43,718 nucleotides of DNA from positions 1-43,718 of IMG/VR virus record IMGVR_UViG_3300045988_166572; one strand, given 5' to 3'. The translations under genes were made by a program, and so were the position numbers. The DNA comes from a virus. The notes beneath the pieces are model-generated. The model did not search any database and was not told the origin of the DNA. It was given only the letters and a program-made list of their open reading frames with translations. Below are positions 1-8,226 of the stretch, one piece after another. Each line of letters opens with the position of its first letter. Position 1 is the first letter of the stretch.

Positions 1-55
1 AATTGCCAAACAAAGACTTTTTTAAGCATTGAACCGATACTTGAAGACATTACTG
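1..55. repeat. Terminal duplicate, copy 1 (exact 55-bp overlap with 43664-43718)
   Basis: Direct comparison of both ends: aattgccaaacaaagacttttttaagcattgaaccgatacttgaagacattactg occurs at both. Confidence 0.98.
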
Positions 56-282
56 TGTCTGAATACTGGGATTATTACATGGCTGCTCATTATGTAGATT
101 GGGTAATCGTTGGAGCAGAGACAGGACACAGAAAAGACAAGGTGATTCCTGAAAGAGATTGGATAAGATCTATTACATTTGATTGCTACGATGAAAGTAT
201 TCCAGTGTTCATGAAATCCAGTCTTGCGGACATATGGCGGAATCCATTGGTACAGGAATTCCCAAAGGAATTACTACGGTAA
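1..282 (+). CDS. C-terminal part of DUF5131 (phage Gp37/Gp68 family) protein; continuation of 43157..43718 across the circular junction (unique part 56..282)
   Basis: The reading frame of 43157 is conserved through the 55-bp overlap into the listed ORF 55..282. The joined protein is about 262 aa. Confidence 0.85.
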   Translation, partial: NCQTKTFLSIEPILEDITVSEYWDYYMAAHYVDWVIVGAETGHRKDKVIPERDWIRSITFDCYDESIPVFMKSSLADIWRNPLVQEFPKELLR

Positions 283-334
283 AATGAAAGAGGTCAAGTC
301 AATGTCAAAATATGTAATTTAGGAGGAAAATTGA

Positions 335-925
335 ATGAATTTAGAAAAGCAGAAAGAGCATTTTAAAGATCATATTGCCACTTTTACAGACTATGGCAAT
401 ATAAAAATATTAGATTTTAAGAGACCAAACAGTTCGGAGTACAGAATCAGATTTTTGTTTGAGGAAGATTATTGCAGACTTCATATCAGCGGAAATTTAG
501 GAGAACTGATTGCAAGCAATTACAATAATATGACATACGAAAAAATTTCTGATTTTGTAAATGATGTCGGCTATTTTGAAGGGAAGATAGATTGCCATAA
601 CAGACCAATTTATACCTACGATGAAGATCTGGCAAGGGAAGAACTGCTTAAAATGGCAAAAAAGGATGATTGGTTACTGTTTTCTGATAAATACGAGTAT
701 GAAGATGATGAAGAAGAAAGACTAAACGACATCATTGATGATATTCTGCATGATTTTGATGATAAACGAGGAATTGGAAGTAAAGGATATGAGGAACTGA
801 ACGATCTGGAAGATTATGCCTATGAATTTGCCTTTGATCTGGGCAAAAAAGGAACTGGGATTTTGGATCTTTATATGCTTGCTTTCAAGTTGGCAAGAGA
901 GCAACTTGATAGTCAGGTAAACTGA
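335..925 (+). CDS. Hypothetical protein with a strongly acidic C-terminal half
   Basis: ATG 335 lies 8 nt after AGGAGG (321-326). 196-aa ORF with runs such as YEYEDDEEERLNDIIDDILHDFDD. No family recognised. Confidence 0.7.
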   Translation: MNLEKQKEHFKDHIATFTDYGNIKILDFKRPNSSEYRIRFLFEEDYCRLHISGNLGELIASNYNNMTYEKISDFVNDVGYFEGKIDCHNRPIYTYDEDLAREELLKMAKKDDWLLFSDKYEYEDDEEERLNDIIDDILHDFDDKRGIGSKGYEELNDLEDYAYEFAFDLGKKGTGILDLYMLAFKLAREQLDSQVN

Positions 926-945
926 AATTTAGGAGGAAAAATAAA

Positions 946-1194
946 TTGGTACATTATCTGAAAATATTAAATGATTATGCGGAAGCGGTTCTTCTTGAAG
1001 ATAAGAAATTTGAAATCCGAGAAAATGACAGAGGATTTCAAAAAGGAGATTACGTTAGATTCCAGACAGTAGGAAAAGACGGACTTCCAATCAGGCACGC
1101 TATAAATGACAAGAGATATAGAATCACTTATGTTTTAGGCGGATGGGGATTAAAAGACGGATATGTTGCTTTTGCAATTGAAAAAGCAGACTGA
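946..1194 (+). CDS. DUF3850 / ASCH-like small domain protein
   Basis: TTG start after AGGAGG (931-936). HYLKIL..YAEAVLLEDKKFEIRENDRGFQKGDYVRF and a GLKDGYVAF tail match the DUF3850 pattern as I recall it. Confidence 0.7.
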   Translation: MVHYLKILNDYAEAVLLEDKKFEIRENDRGFQKGDYVRFQTVGKDGLPIRHAINDKRYRITYVLGGWGLKDGYVAFAIEKAD

Positions 1195-1345
1195 AATAAG
1201 AGGATATAATAACAAAACGTCCTGCCGGGACGAATCCACAACAGAACGTTTGTTTGGGATAAACAAATAATACCATGATGGGGAATGCCTGTCAATGGTT
1301 CGTAACATAAAAATTGCGTTGTTGTGTATGGCAGGAGGATAAGAA

Positions 1346-1765
1346 TTGACAGAGATTGAAGAAAAGAAAGAATATTTGAAAAGTTACGAAAGAGCCGTGC
1401 GGCAGATGGAACGGGGCGAAGAAAAAATTCGAGAAATGCGTTTGGGGCAGATTATTCCGGCGATTAATAATGACGGAATGCCCCATGCGCACAATGCCAC
1501 AGATTTATCCGGATATGCAGCGCTGTTAGATGAAGCAGAGAGTCAATATATGGCAGATAGATATCAAAGGCTTAAAATTTGCAAAGAGATCACAGATAAA
1601 ATAGAGTGCATGGACAATGAGGACGAAAAAGATGTACTGACATATCGATATATTCGACTGATGAAATGGGAGAGTATTGCAGTTAAGATGAATTATAGCT
1701 GGAAATGGGTACATAAGTTACATGCACAGGCCCTTAAAAATTTTAAAATGGAAAAGAGTACATAG
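1346..1765 (+). CDS. Sigma-70 region-4-like / RinA-ArpU-type putative late-gene transcriptional activator
   Basis: TTG start after AGGAGG (1333-1338). C-terminal DVLTYRYIRLMKWESIAVKMNYSWKWVHKLHAQALKNF resembles a region-4 HTH. Lies immediately upstream of the terminase genes. Confidence 0.55.
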   Translation: MTEIEEKKEYLKSYERAVRQMERGEEKIREMRLGQIIPAINNDGMPHAHNATDLSGYAALLDEAESQYMADRYQRLKICKEITDKIECMDNEDEKDVLTYRYIRLMKWESIAVKMNYSWKWVHKLHAQALKNFKMEKST

Positions 1766-1803
1766 AAGTACACACATATATTGTGGTATAGTGTAAGCAG
1801 TAA

Positions 1804-1846
1804 AAAAGCGTAGGAGGCTAATTCCCCTCTTGCGCTTTTACTTTTT
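1804..1846 (+). terminator. Rho-independent terminator-like hairpin between the late regulator and terS
   Basis: AAAAGCGTAGGAGG (1804-1817) pairs with CCTCTTGCGCTTTT (1826-1839) over 14 bp including 2 G-U pairs, with an 8-nt loop, followed by ACTTTTT. Confidence 0.6.
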
Positions 1847-1862
1847 ATCTCAGGAGGGCAGA

Positions 1863-1973
1863 TTGAATAAAGAGAGATACAGTGACCCGACAGCGGAAAA
1901 GGCTATTGCCCATGTAATGAGAGAGCGTAAGAAGCAGGAAGGTGATAACCTTGTCAAAAAGCAGTCAGAATGA
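1863..1973 (+). CDS. Small 36-aa ORF (LNKERYSDPTAEKAIAHVMRERKKQEGDNLVKKQSE), not in the ORF track
   Basis: TTG start 5 nt after CAGGAGGG (1851-1858). The YxDPTAxxAI motif recurs in small proteins preceding terminases in Firmicutes phages (from memory). Overlaps the terS 5' end. Confidence 0.35.
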   Translation: MNKERYSDPTAEKAIAHVMRERKKQEGDNLVKKQSE

Positions 1974-2745
1974 AAAGGCAAAGGAAGCCAGAAAACTATA
2001 TAAAAGTGGAATGAAGCTGGTTGAAATTTCAAGGCAACTGGATTGTTCTGCTGCAACTATTCGGACTTGGAAGAACCGCTATAAGTGGGATGGCGAAAGC
2101 GAAACGTTTCAAAACCAAAATGAAACGAAACGAAACGTTTCAGAGAAAAGTAAATCAAAGAAAATAGAGAAAGAAAGGGCTGTCGCACATGAGGTTGAGT
2201 CAGTAATACAAAATACGGATTTAACCGATAAGCAACATCTTTTTTGTATATATTACATTCGGTGTTTTAATGCTACCAAGGCATATCAGAAAGCATATGA
2301 CTGTGATTATGCAACAGCTCTGGTGAATGGTTCGCGATTGCTAGGAAATGCTAGGATAAAAGAAGAAATTCTGCGATTAAAGCAGGAACGTTTAAACAGG
2401 GAGTTCCTGAGTGAAGCAGATATTTTCCAGAGGTACATGGATATTGCCTTTGCTGATATTAATGATTTTGTTGAAATACATGCCGGATTTGCGTTGGCAA
2501 AAGATGGAGTTGACGGAACTATTATTAGCGAAGTGAGCAATACAACGAATGGGATTAAGATAAAGCTTGCTGACCGAATGAAAGCCTTGCAATGGCTTGC
2601 AGATCATATGGATCTTGCCACCGAGAAGCAGAAAGCAGAGATTGCACTGTTGAAATCAAGAGCAGATGCAGGTAAGGATGCCAGGGAGGATAAGCTGGAT
2701 AAATTCTTTGAGCAGATAGAAGGTGTATTAAAGGATGCTGAATAA
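1942..2745 (+). CDS. terS: Terminase small subunit (N-terminal HTH + Terminase_2/P27-like core)
   Basis: LVEISRQLDCSAATIRTWKNRYKW HTH, then TDKQHLFCIYYIRCFNATKAYQKAY...GNARIKEEILRLK. Overlaps terL by 11 nt. Start uncertain (GTG 1942 or TTG 1951). Confidence 0.85.
   Translation: MITLSKSSQNEKAKEARKLYKSGMKLVEISRQLDCSAATIRTWKNRYKWDGESETFQNQNETKRNVSEKSKSKKIEKERAVAHEVESVIQNTDLTDKQHLFCIYYIRCFNATKAYQKAYDCDYATALVNGSRLLGNARIKEEILRLKQERLNREFLSEADIFQRYMDIAFADINDFVEIHAGFALAKDGVDGTIISEVSNTTNGIKIKLADRMKALQWLADHMDLATEKQKAEIALLKSRADAGKDAREDKLDKFFEQIEGVLKDAE
2101..2141. repeat. Two copies of the perfect 10-bp palindrome GAAACGTTTC (2101-2110, 2132-2141) plus GAAAC x3 (2122-2136) inside terS
   Basis: Read directly from the sequence. 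Lies in the linker between the HTH and core domains of terS. Confidence 0.9.
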
Positions 2746-3946
2746 TCTGTACACTCCCAAACAGCTTGATACATTCCGTTTTGCCGTAAACAAAGACTAT
2801 TTTATGCTGATCAATCACGGCGCAAAGCGTACCGGAAAGACAATTCTGGACAATGATCTGTTTTTGCACGAACTTCGCCGTATTAAAAAGATAGCCTCTG
2901 CACAGGGGGTTGAGAACCCACAATATATTTTAGCGGGCGCCGATCTTGGAGCGCTTAACCGTAATGTGCTGATCGAACTTTCCAATAAGTACGGTATCGA
3001 GTTTCATTTTGATAAATTTAACCGCTTTAAGCTATTTGGGGTGCAGGTGTGCTGTTTTGGACATTCTAAGATCAATGATTTGGGGCGCATCCGAGGAATG
3101 ACAGCATATGGAGCCTATATCAATGAGGGCACTATGGCAAAGCAGGAAGTGTTTGACGAGATCAAATCCAGATGCTCCGGTAATGGGGCAAGGATGCTGA
3201 TCGACACGAACCCGGATAACCCAGAGCATTGGTTGAAGAAAGATTTTATTGACAAGGCAGATGGGAAAATCATCAAAGCGGTACAGTATCGCCTTGATGA
3301 CAACACGTTTCTGTCAGAGAGATACAAGCAGAACATGAAAGAAACTACACCGTCTGGCATGTTTTATGATCGCAACATTGAAGGTCTGTGGGTTATGGGA
3401 GAAGGGGCCGTATACCGGGACTTTAATGCAAAAATCCATTATATCAGCAGAGCAGAATTGCAAAGGGTTAATTTTGTCAAGTATATTGCCGGGGTGGATT
3501 GGGGATATGAACATTTCGGGGCAATCGTGCTGATCGGCAAAGATGAGCAGGGTTGCTATTACTTGATTAGAGAGGTTGCCCGCCAGTTTGAAGAGATAGA
3601 TTTCTGGTTAGAGCAGGCGCTGGCAATTAAGGTTGAGTACGGTAATATTCCATTCTACTGTGACTCTGCCCGACCTGAATATGTCAAGAAATTTAAGCAG
3701 CAGGGTTTGCGTGCTATTAATGCAAACAAAGCAGTATTAAGCGGAATTGAGCGTGTGGCCCAATTATACAAGCAGAATAAACTACGAATTGTGGATGATG
3801 TTGAGCGGTTCCGGGATGAAATCTATATGTATGTTTGGAATGAAAAGACCGGAGAGCCAATAAAACAGTTTGATGATGATCAGGATGCTATTCGGTATGC
3901 AATTTACACGGATGAGAACCGCGGTGGTATCAGTATTTTGAAATGA
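2735..3946 (+). CDS. terL: Terminase large subunit (PBSX-type)
   Basis: Walker A GAKRTGKT near the N-terminus, 403 aa, and the canonical position between terS and portal. Confidence 0.95.
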   Translation: MLNNLYTPKQLDTFRFAVNKDYFMLINHGAKRTGKTILDNDLFLHELRRIKKIASAQGVENPQYILAGADLGALNRNVLIELSNKYGIEFHFDKFNRFKLFGVQVCCFGHSKINDLGRIRGMTAYGAYINEGTMAKQEVFDEIKSRCSGNGARMLIDTNPDNPEHWLKKDFIDKADGKIIKAVQYRLDDNTFLSERYKQNMKETTPSGMFYDRNIEGLWVMGEGAVYRDFNAKIHYISRAELQRVNFVKYIAGVDWGYEHFGAIVLIGKDEQGCYYLIREVARQFEEIDFWLEQALAIKVEYGNIPFYCDSARPEYVKKFKQQGLRAINANKAVLSGIERVAQLYKQNKLRIVDDVERFRDEIYMYVWNEKTGEPIKQFDDDQDAIRYAIYTDENRGGISILK

Positions 3947-3984
3947 GGTAGAGAGTGGAAAAGACATTGTAAGCATATAATTCC

Positions 3985-4013
3985 TTGTAGCTGTTCCTTT
4001 TTTGGCGTATAAT
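3985..4013 (+). promoter_or_regulatory. Candidate sigma-A promoter of moron 1
   Basis: -35 TTGTAG (3985-3990), 17-nt spacer, -10 TATAAT (4008-4013), 21 nt upstream of ATG 4035. Confidence 0.45.
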
Positions 4014-4034
4014 GGTAAAAAGGGGGGATTTACA

Positions 4035-4946
4035 ATGGATAAAAAGAATGAAAAACAAAAGAAGAAATGCTTTATTATTACACCTATAGGTAATGAAAAC
4101 TCAGAAATATTCAGAAAGGCGAAGGGTGTTATTGAAAGTACAATTAAGCCTATTTTACAAGAATATGATTTTGATGATATTAAGCCTGCGTATGAAATAA
4201 ATATGTCAGGCATGATTAGTACACAAATTATCAATCGAATAATAAATGATGATTTAGTAGTGGCTAATCTAACAGGGAACAATCCTAATGTTATGTATGA
4301 ATTATGTTTGCGGCATGTTGTTGCAAAACCGATAATTCATATTTGTGAGAGTGGAACTTCGCTTCCTTTTGATGTTAAGGATAATAGAACGATATTTTAT
4401 GTAGACGATATGCTTGGTGCGGAAGAATTAAAATACAATTTGAGGAAATTTTTAGATAAAATAGATTATTTAGAAGATTGTATGGATAATCCAATTTATA
4501 ATGCATACAGATATGGAAAATTACTAAAAGAAACACAAGGAACTAAGGAGAATGAAATATTAAAGATTTTGCTACAAATACAAAATACATTGGGTCTACA
4601 ACAACGTTATAATACTTTTATCATACCAGGGGGACACAGTATTGATTTTGATTCTGCTTTTGCAGGAGTTAGAGATGAACAACTTGGAAAAGAAGAATTG
4701 CGCAAAGTCAATGGAGATTTGCTTCAAAAATGGTTACCGTATAATGGTCATAAATTGAAGGTACATGAGCTTGCGAAAAAACTAGATACAAAGTCGTCAA
4801 CTATAATTTATGTAGCAAAAAAAGTAGGACTCGATGTAAATAATCAATTATCAGAATTGAATGCTGATATGGTAAACAAGATTTTAACATACATTTGTAA
4901 TAATATCATAGAAGGAGATCCTAACGAGTTCGAAGAAAAAGAATGA
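4035..4946 (+). CDS. Moron protein: N-terminal nucleoside 2-deoxyribosyltransferase/TIR-like Rossmannoid domain + C-terminal IF2_N-like helical DNA/RNA-binding motif
   Basis: ATG 4035 lies 6 nt after AAAGGGGGGA; the TTG 4002 of the ORF track has no SD. CFIITPIG....DLVVANLTGNNPNVMYELCLRHVVAKPIIHI fits the NDT-like pattern, and KVHELAKKLDTKSSTIIYVAKKVGLDV fits IF2_N. AT-rich. Confidence 0.75.
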   Translation: MDKKNEKQKKKCFIITPIGNENSEIFRKAKGVIESTIKPILQEYDFDDIKPAYEINMSGMISTQIINRIINDDLVVANLTGNNPNVMYELCLRHVVAKPIIHICESGTSLPFDVKDNRTIFYVDDMLGAEELKYNLRKFLDKIDYLEDCMDNPIYNAYRYGKLLKETQGTKENEILKILLQIQNTLGLQQRYNTFIIPGGHSIDFDSAFAGVRDEQLGKEELRKVNGDLLQKWLPYNGHKLKVHELAKKLDTKSSTIIYVAKKVGLDVNNQLSELNADMVNKILTYICNNIIEGDPNEFEEKE

Positions 4947-5040
4947 ACAACCTTCTTCTATGCCAAGTATGATAAAGAGAAGAAGTGATACAATTGTGAC
5001 GAGGGTGCAATATTAAAATTGATTCTATTTTCAAAGGAAA

Positions 5041-5072
5041 AATGACAGGTCTTTAATAACCTGTCATTTTTT
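5041..5072 (+). terminator. Rho-independent terminator of moron 1
   Basis: AATGACAGGT (5041-5050) pairs perfectly with ACCTGTCATT (5059-5068), 8-nt loop, then a T-run to 5072. Confidence 0.8.
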
Positions 5073-5086
5073 GTGGGAGAAATTAA

Positions 5087-6460
5087 ATGGATATTGAAAC
5101 AATAAGACAATTAATAAAAAAATATGAGTCTGGCCATGCAGCATTCATAATGCAGGCAGAGGTGGCAAAGAGATATTATCGTAATGAAACGGATATCTTG
5201 TTTCGAAATAAACAGAAAGAAGAGGAAAAAGAGGAGGCAAATAATCCTCTACGGAATGCAGATAATCGAATTCCGAGGAATTTTCATGGATTGATTGTCA
5301 ACCAAAAGGCTGCTTATGCTTTTACAGCACCACCATTATTTGATGTAGGCAGTACAGAGAGTAATAAACGTATAACGGAAGCTTTGGGTGATGAGTATGC
5401 TAAGAATTGTATGGAGTTGTGTGTGAATGCTGCAAACACCTCTATCGCCTGGGTGCATTACTGGAAAAGTGATAATGGCTTTGAATGGGCAGTTGTTCCA
5501 AGTGAGCAGATTATCCCGGTATTTGACCGAAATCTTAAGCGCAGACTGATTGGAGCAATGCGGGTATACCCGGACACCGACGATGCAACGGGTGATATTT
5601 ATACGGTATACGAATACTGGACAGACACAGAGTGTCAGGCATTTCGACGCAGAACTGGTGATGAATTGGAATTGCTGACCTATTATGATATGTTTATGGA
5701 CCCGGAGAGTGGTGATATGGTAGCGGATTACCAACATGATTTCGGGGAAGTACCATTTATTCCATTTTACAACAACAATATACATACAGACGATTTGCGA
5801 AACATTAAGCCGCTGATAGACGTATACGATAAGGTCTACAGCGGTTTTATTAATGATTTGGATGATATACAGGAGTTAATTTTTGTACTGTCTGGATATG
5901 GTGGCGAAGATTTGAACGGTTTCCTATCTGATTTGAAAAAATATAAAACCATCAAGGTAGACGGGGACGAGGGCGGTGCAGTGTCCACCCTTAATATTGA
6001 GATTCCAATTGAAGCAAGAAACAGTGTATTGGAAGCAACAAGAAAGGCAATCTTCGAACAGGGGCAAGGATTTGACCCACAACCAGAGAACTTTGGAAAT
6101 CGGTCGGGTGAAGCATTGAAATTTATGTATTCTCTTTTGGAAATGAAAACGGGATTGATGGAAACAGAGTTTAAACTTGGATTTTCACGTCTGATTCGTG
6201 CAATTTGTAAGGCACTCGGTATTGAATGCAGCGTGATTATTCAAACATGGACTCGTACTAGCATTAAAAATGATGTGGAACAGGCACAAATTTGCAGAGA
6301 ATCTGTTGGAATTGTAAGTCAAAAGACGATATTGAAAAACCATCCTTTAGTTGAGGATGCGGATGCAGAAATAAAGCAGCTTGAGACAGAAGAAAAAGAG
6401 AATCAAAAAAAGACAGAGCTCTATGTTGATGCATTTCAAAGAGAGAATAACGATGGGTAA
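5087..6460 (+). CDS. Portal protein (SPP1 gp6-like)
   Basis: 457 aa, lying between terL and the MuF head protein. GGGAGA SD before ATG 5087. Confidence 0.88.
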   Translation: MDIETIRQLIKKYESGHAAFIMQAEVAKRYYRNETDILFRNKQKEEEKEEANNPLRNADNRIPRNFHGLIVNQKAAYAFTAPPLFDVGSTESNKRITEALGDEYAKNCMELCVNAANTSIAWVHYWKSDNGFEWAVVPSEQIIPVFDRNLKRRLIGAMRVYPDTDDATGDIYTVYEYWTDTECQAFRRRTGDELELLTYYDMFMDPESGDMVADYQHDFGEVPFIPFYNNNIHTDDLRNIKPLIDVYDKVYSGFINDLDDIQELIFVLSGYGGEDLNGFLSDLKKYKTIKVDGDEGGAVSTLNIEIPIEARNSVLEATRKAIFEQGQGFDPQPENFGNRSGEALKFMYSLLEMKTGLMETEFKLGFSRLIRAICKALGIECSVIIQTWTRTSIKNDVEQAQICRESVGIVSQKTILKNHPLVEDADAEIKQLETEEKENQKKTELYVDAFQRENNDG

Positions 6461-6467
6461 ATAAAGA

Positions 6468-8225
6468 ATGAAAAGTGGAGAATATTGGAAAGGTAGGTTT
6501 AAGCAGCTAGAAGAACTTCTCTATCAAATGGGAGTTCAATGCTATCCGGATATTGAAAGGCAATATCAACAGGCCTTGCAGCAAATCGAAGCAAAGATTC
6601 TTGTTTGGTATCAACGATTTGCAGATAACAATGAAATTTCTCTTTTAGAAGCACGCAGACTTCTCCAATCGTCTGAATTAAAGGAACTAAAATGGGATAT
6701 AAAGCAATATATACAATATGGTAAAGAGAATGGTGTAAATGGTATGTGGATGAAAGAGCTGGAGAATGCATCGGCAAGGACACACATTACCAGGCTAGAA
6801 TCCCTCAAGTTACAGTTGCAGCAATCTTTGGAGGTAATGTTTGGAAATCAGCTTGATAGTATTGATACAACAATACGAAATGTATATCAATGTGGATACC
6901 TTCATACGGCGTATGAAATTCAAAAAGGAGTTGGCATTGGATGGAATTTAGCTTCTCCGAATGAGGAGTTGATTTCTCAAATTATTCAAAAACCGTGGGC
7001 AGCAGATGGACGTAACTTTTCAGAACGAATTTGGACGAACAAACAGAAGCTGGTCAATGAACTGAATACTACCATGACACGGAATATCATCACCGGAGCA
7101 AACCCACAAAAAACTATTGATGAATTGGCACGAAAGATGAATGTGTCAAAGCAGAATGCAGGTCGCTTGGTTATGACAGAACAGGCGGCTTTTTCCAATG
7201 CAGCACAGAGGGATTGTTTTGCAGAACTTGGAGTGGAGCAGTTTGAGGTTGTGGAGACATTGGACAGCCATACATGCGAGACGTGTGGTGGAATGGATGG
7301 CAAATATTTTCCAATGAGTGAGTTTGAGATTGGTGTAACAGCACCACCATTTCACCCGAACTGTCGTGGTTGCACATGTCCATACTTCGAGGATGATTTT
7401 GGTGTACCGGGAGAACGTGCAGCGCGAGGTGGAAATGGAAAAATATATTATGTACCGGGCAACATCACATATGAAGAATGGCTTGAACAGTATGTAAAAT
7501 CGTCTCCGGAAGAAATGGTATCTTATGCAAAGGTAAAAAATTTCGACGGGGATAAAAAGCAGTATAAAAAGTATAAAGACTGTTTGGGAAAATCATATGT
7601 GCCGAACACTTTCGATGAGTTCCAGAATATTAAGTATGGGAATGTAAAAGAGTATGGAATACTCAAATCACAGTACAAAGGAATGAAGTATTATGATAAA
7701 GCGACGGAAAGTGAGCCTTTGATTACTAGTAGTGTGAAAGTTGTTGCTGGGAACAGTGGATTAGAAACGTATGGTTTGAAAAATCGAGTAAAAGGGAAAG
7801 AATCATACCTTAGAAAAATTCGTGCAGAGTATAATCCAGATGGGAATACGTATGAAGTAAAAGATATTATCAGGTATACGCTTGGCTCAGAAAATCCGGA
7901 TATTCTAGTTGAGAGAATGAGTGTGGCTATTGCTGAATTGAACGAAATGGGCTATAATACAATTGCATTAAAAAATACGTGGAATAACCCAAAGAATCCA
8001 TATAAGGGTATCAATACTATAGTAGCTGCACCAAACGGACAAAAATTTGAGATACAGTATCATACCCGAGAAAGTTTTGAAACAAAAGAGAAAATGCACA
8101 AACTGTATGAAGACTGGCGCAAGCTTGAAGATAAAACTTCAAAAGAGGCTATCAAGTTAAGCAAAGAAATGACAACTTTATCAAAGAAACTTTCGGTGCC
8201 AAAAAACATAGAAAAGGTGAAATAA
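6468..8225 (+). CDS. MuF / SPP1 gp7-family head morphogenesis protein with C-terminal RelA/SpoT-like (nucleotide pyrophosphokinase) toxin-type domain
   Basis: N-terminal EYWKGRFKQLEE and LDSHTCETCGG...PPFHPNCRGCTCPY (Phage_Mu_F hallmark). The C-terminal roughly 190 aa carry NRVKGKESYLRKI, VKDIIRYTLG and YKGINTIVAAPNGQKFEIQYHTRESFETKEKMHKLYE. Confidence 0.8.
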   Translation: MKSGEYWKGRFKQLEELLYQMGVQCYPDIERQYQQALQQIEAKILVWYQRFADNNEISLLEARRLLQSSELKELKWDIKQYIQYGKENGVNGMWMKELENASARTHITRLESLKLQLQQSLEVMFGNQLDSIDTTIRNVYQCGYLHTAYEIQKGVGIGWNLASPNEELISQIIQKPWAADGRNFSERIWTNKQKLVNELNTTMTRNIITGANPQKTIDELARKMNVSKQNAGRLVMTEQAAFSNAAQRDCFAELGVEQFEVVETLDSHTCETCGGMDGKYFPMSEFEIGVTAPPFHPNCRGCTCPYFEDDFGVPGERAARGGNGKIYYVPGNITYEEWLEQYVKSSPEEMVSYAKVKNFDGDKKQYKKYKDCLGKSYVPNTFDEFQNIKYGNVKEYGILKSQYKGMKYYDKATESEPLITSSVKVVAGNSGLETYGLKNRVKGKESYLRKIRAEYNPDGNTYEVKDIIRYTLGSENPDILVERMSVAIAELNEMGYNTIALKNTWNNPKNPYKGINTIVAAPNGQKFEIQYHTRESFETKEKMHKLYEDWRKLEDKTSKEAIKLSKEMTTLSKKLSVPKNIEKVK

Positions 8226-8226
8226 T

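Noticed and set aside
4002-4034. Longer N-terminal extensions proposed by the ORF track (4002, 11028, 13522, 14089, 14678, 24160, 24392, 25273, 27612, 29082, 29879, 30136, 30789, 32912, 35626, 41035)
   Set aside because: In each case an internal ATG/GTG/TTG lies at the proper distance from a strong GGAGG-type site. The extension either overlaps the upstream gene or a terminator, or contains the ribosome-binding site itself.
3782-4282. 166-aa minus-strand ORF spanning the terL end and the moron 1 start
   Set aside because: It overlaps two well-supported + strand genes and the promoter region. The hydrophobic low-complexity translation arises from AT-rich antisense sequence.
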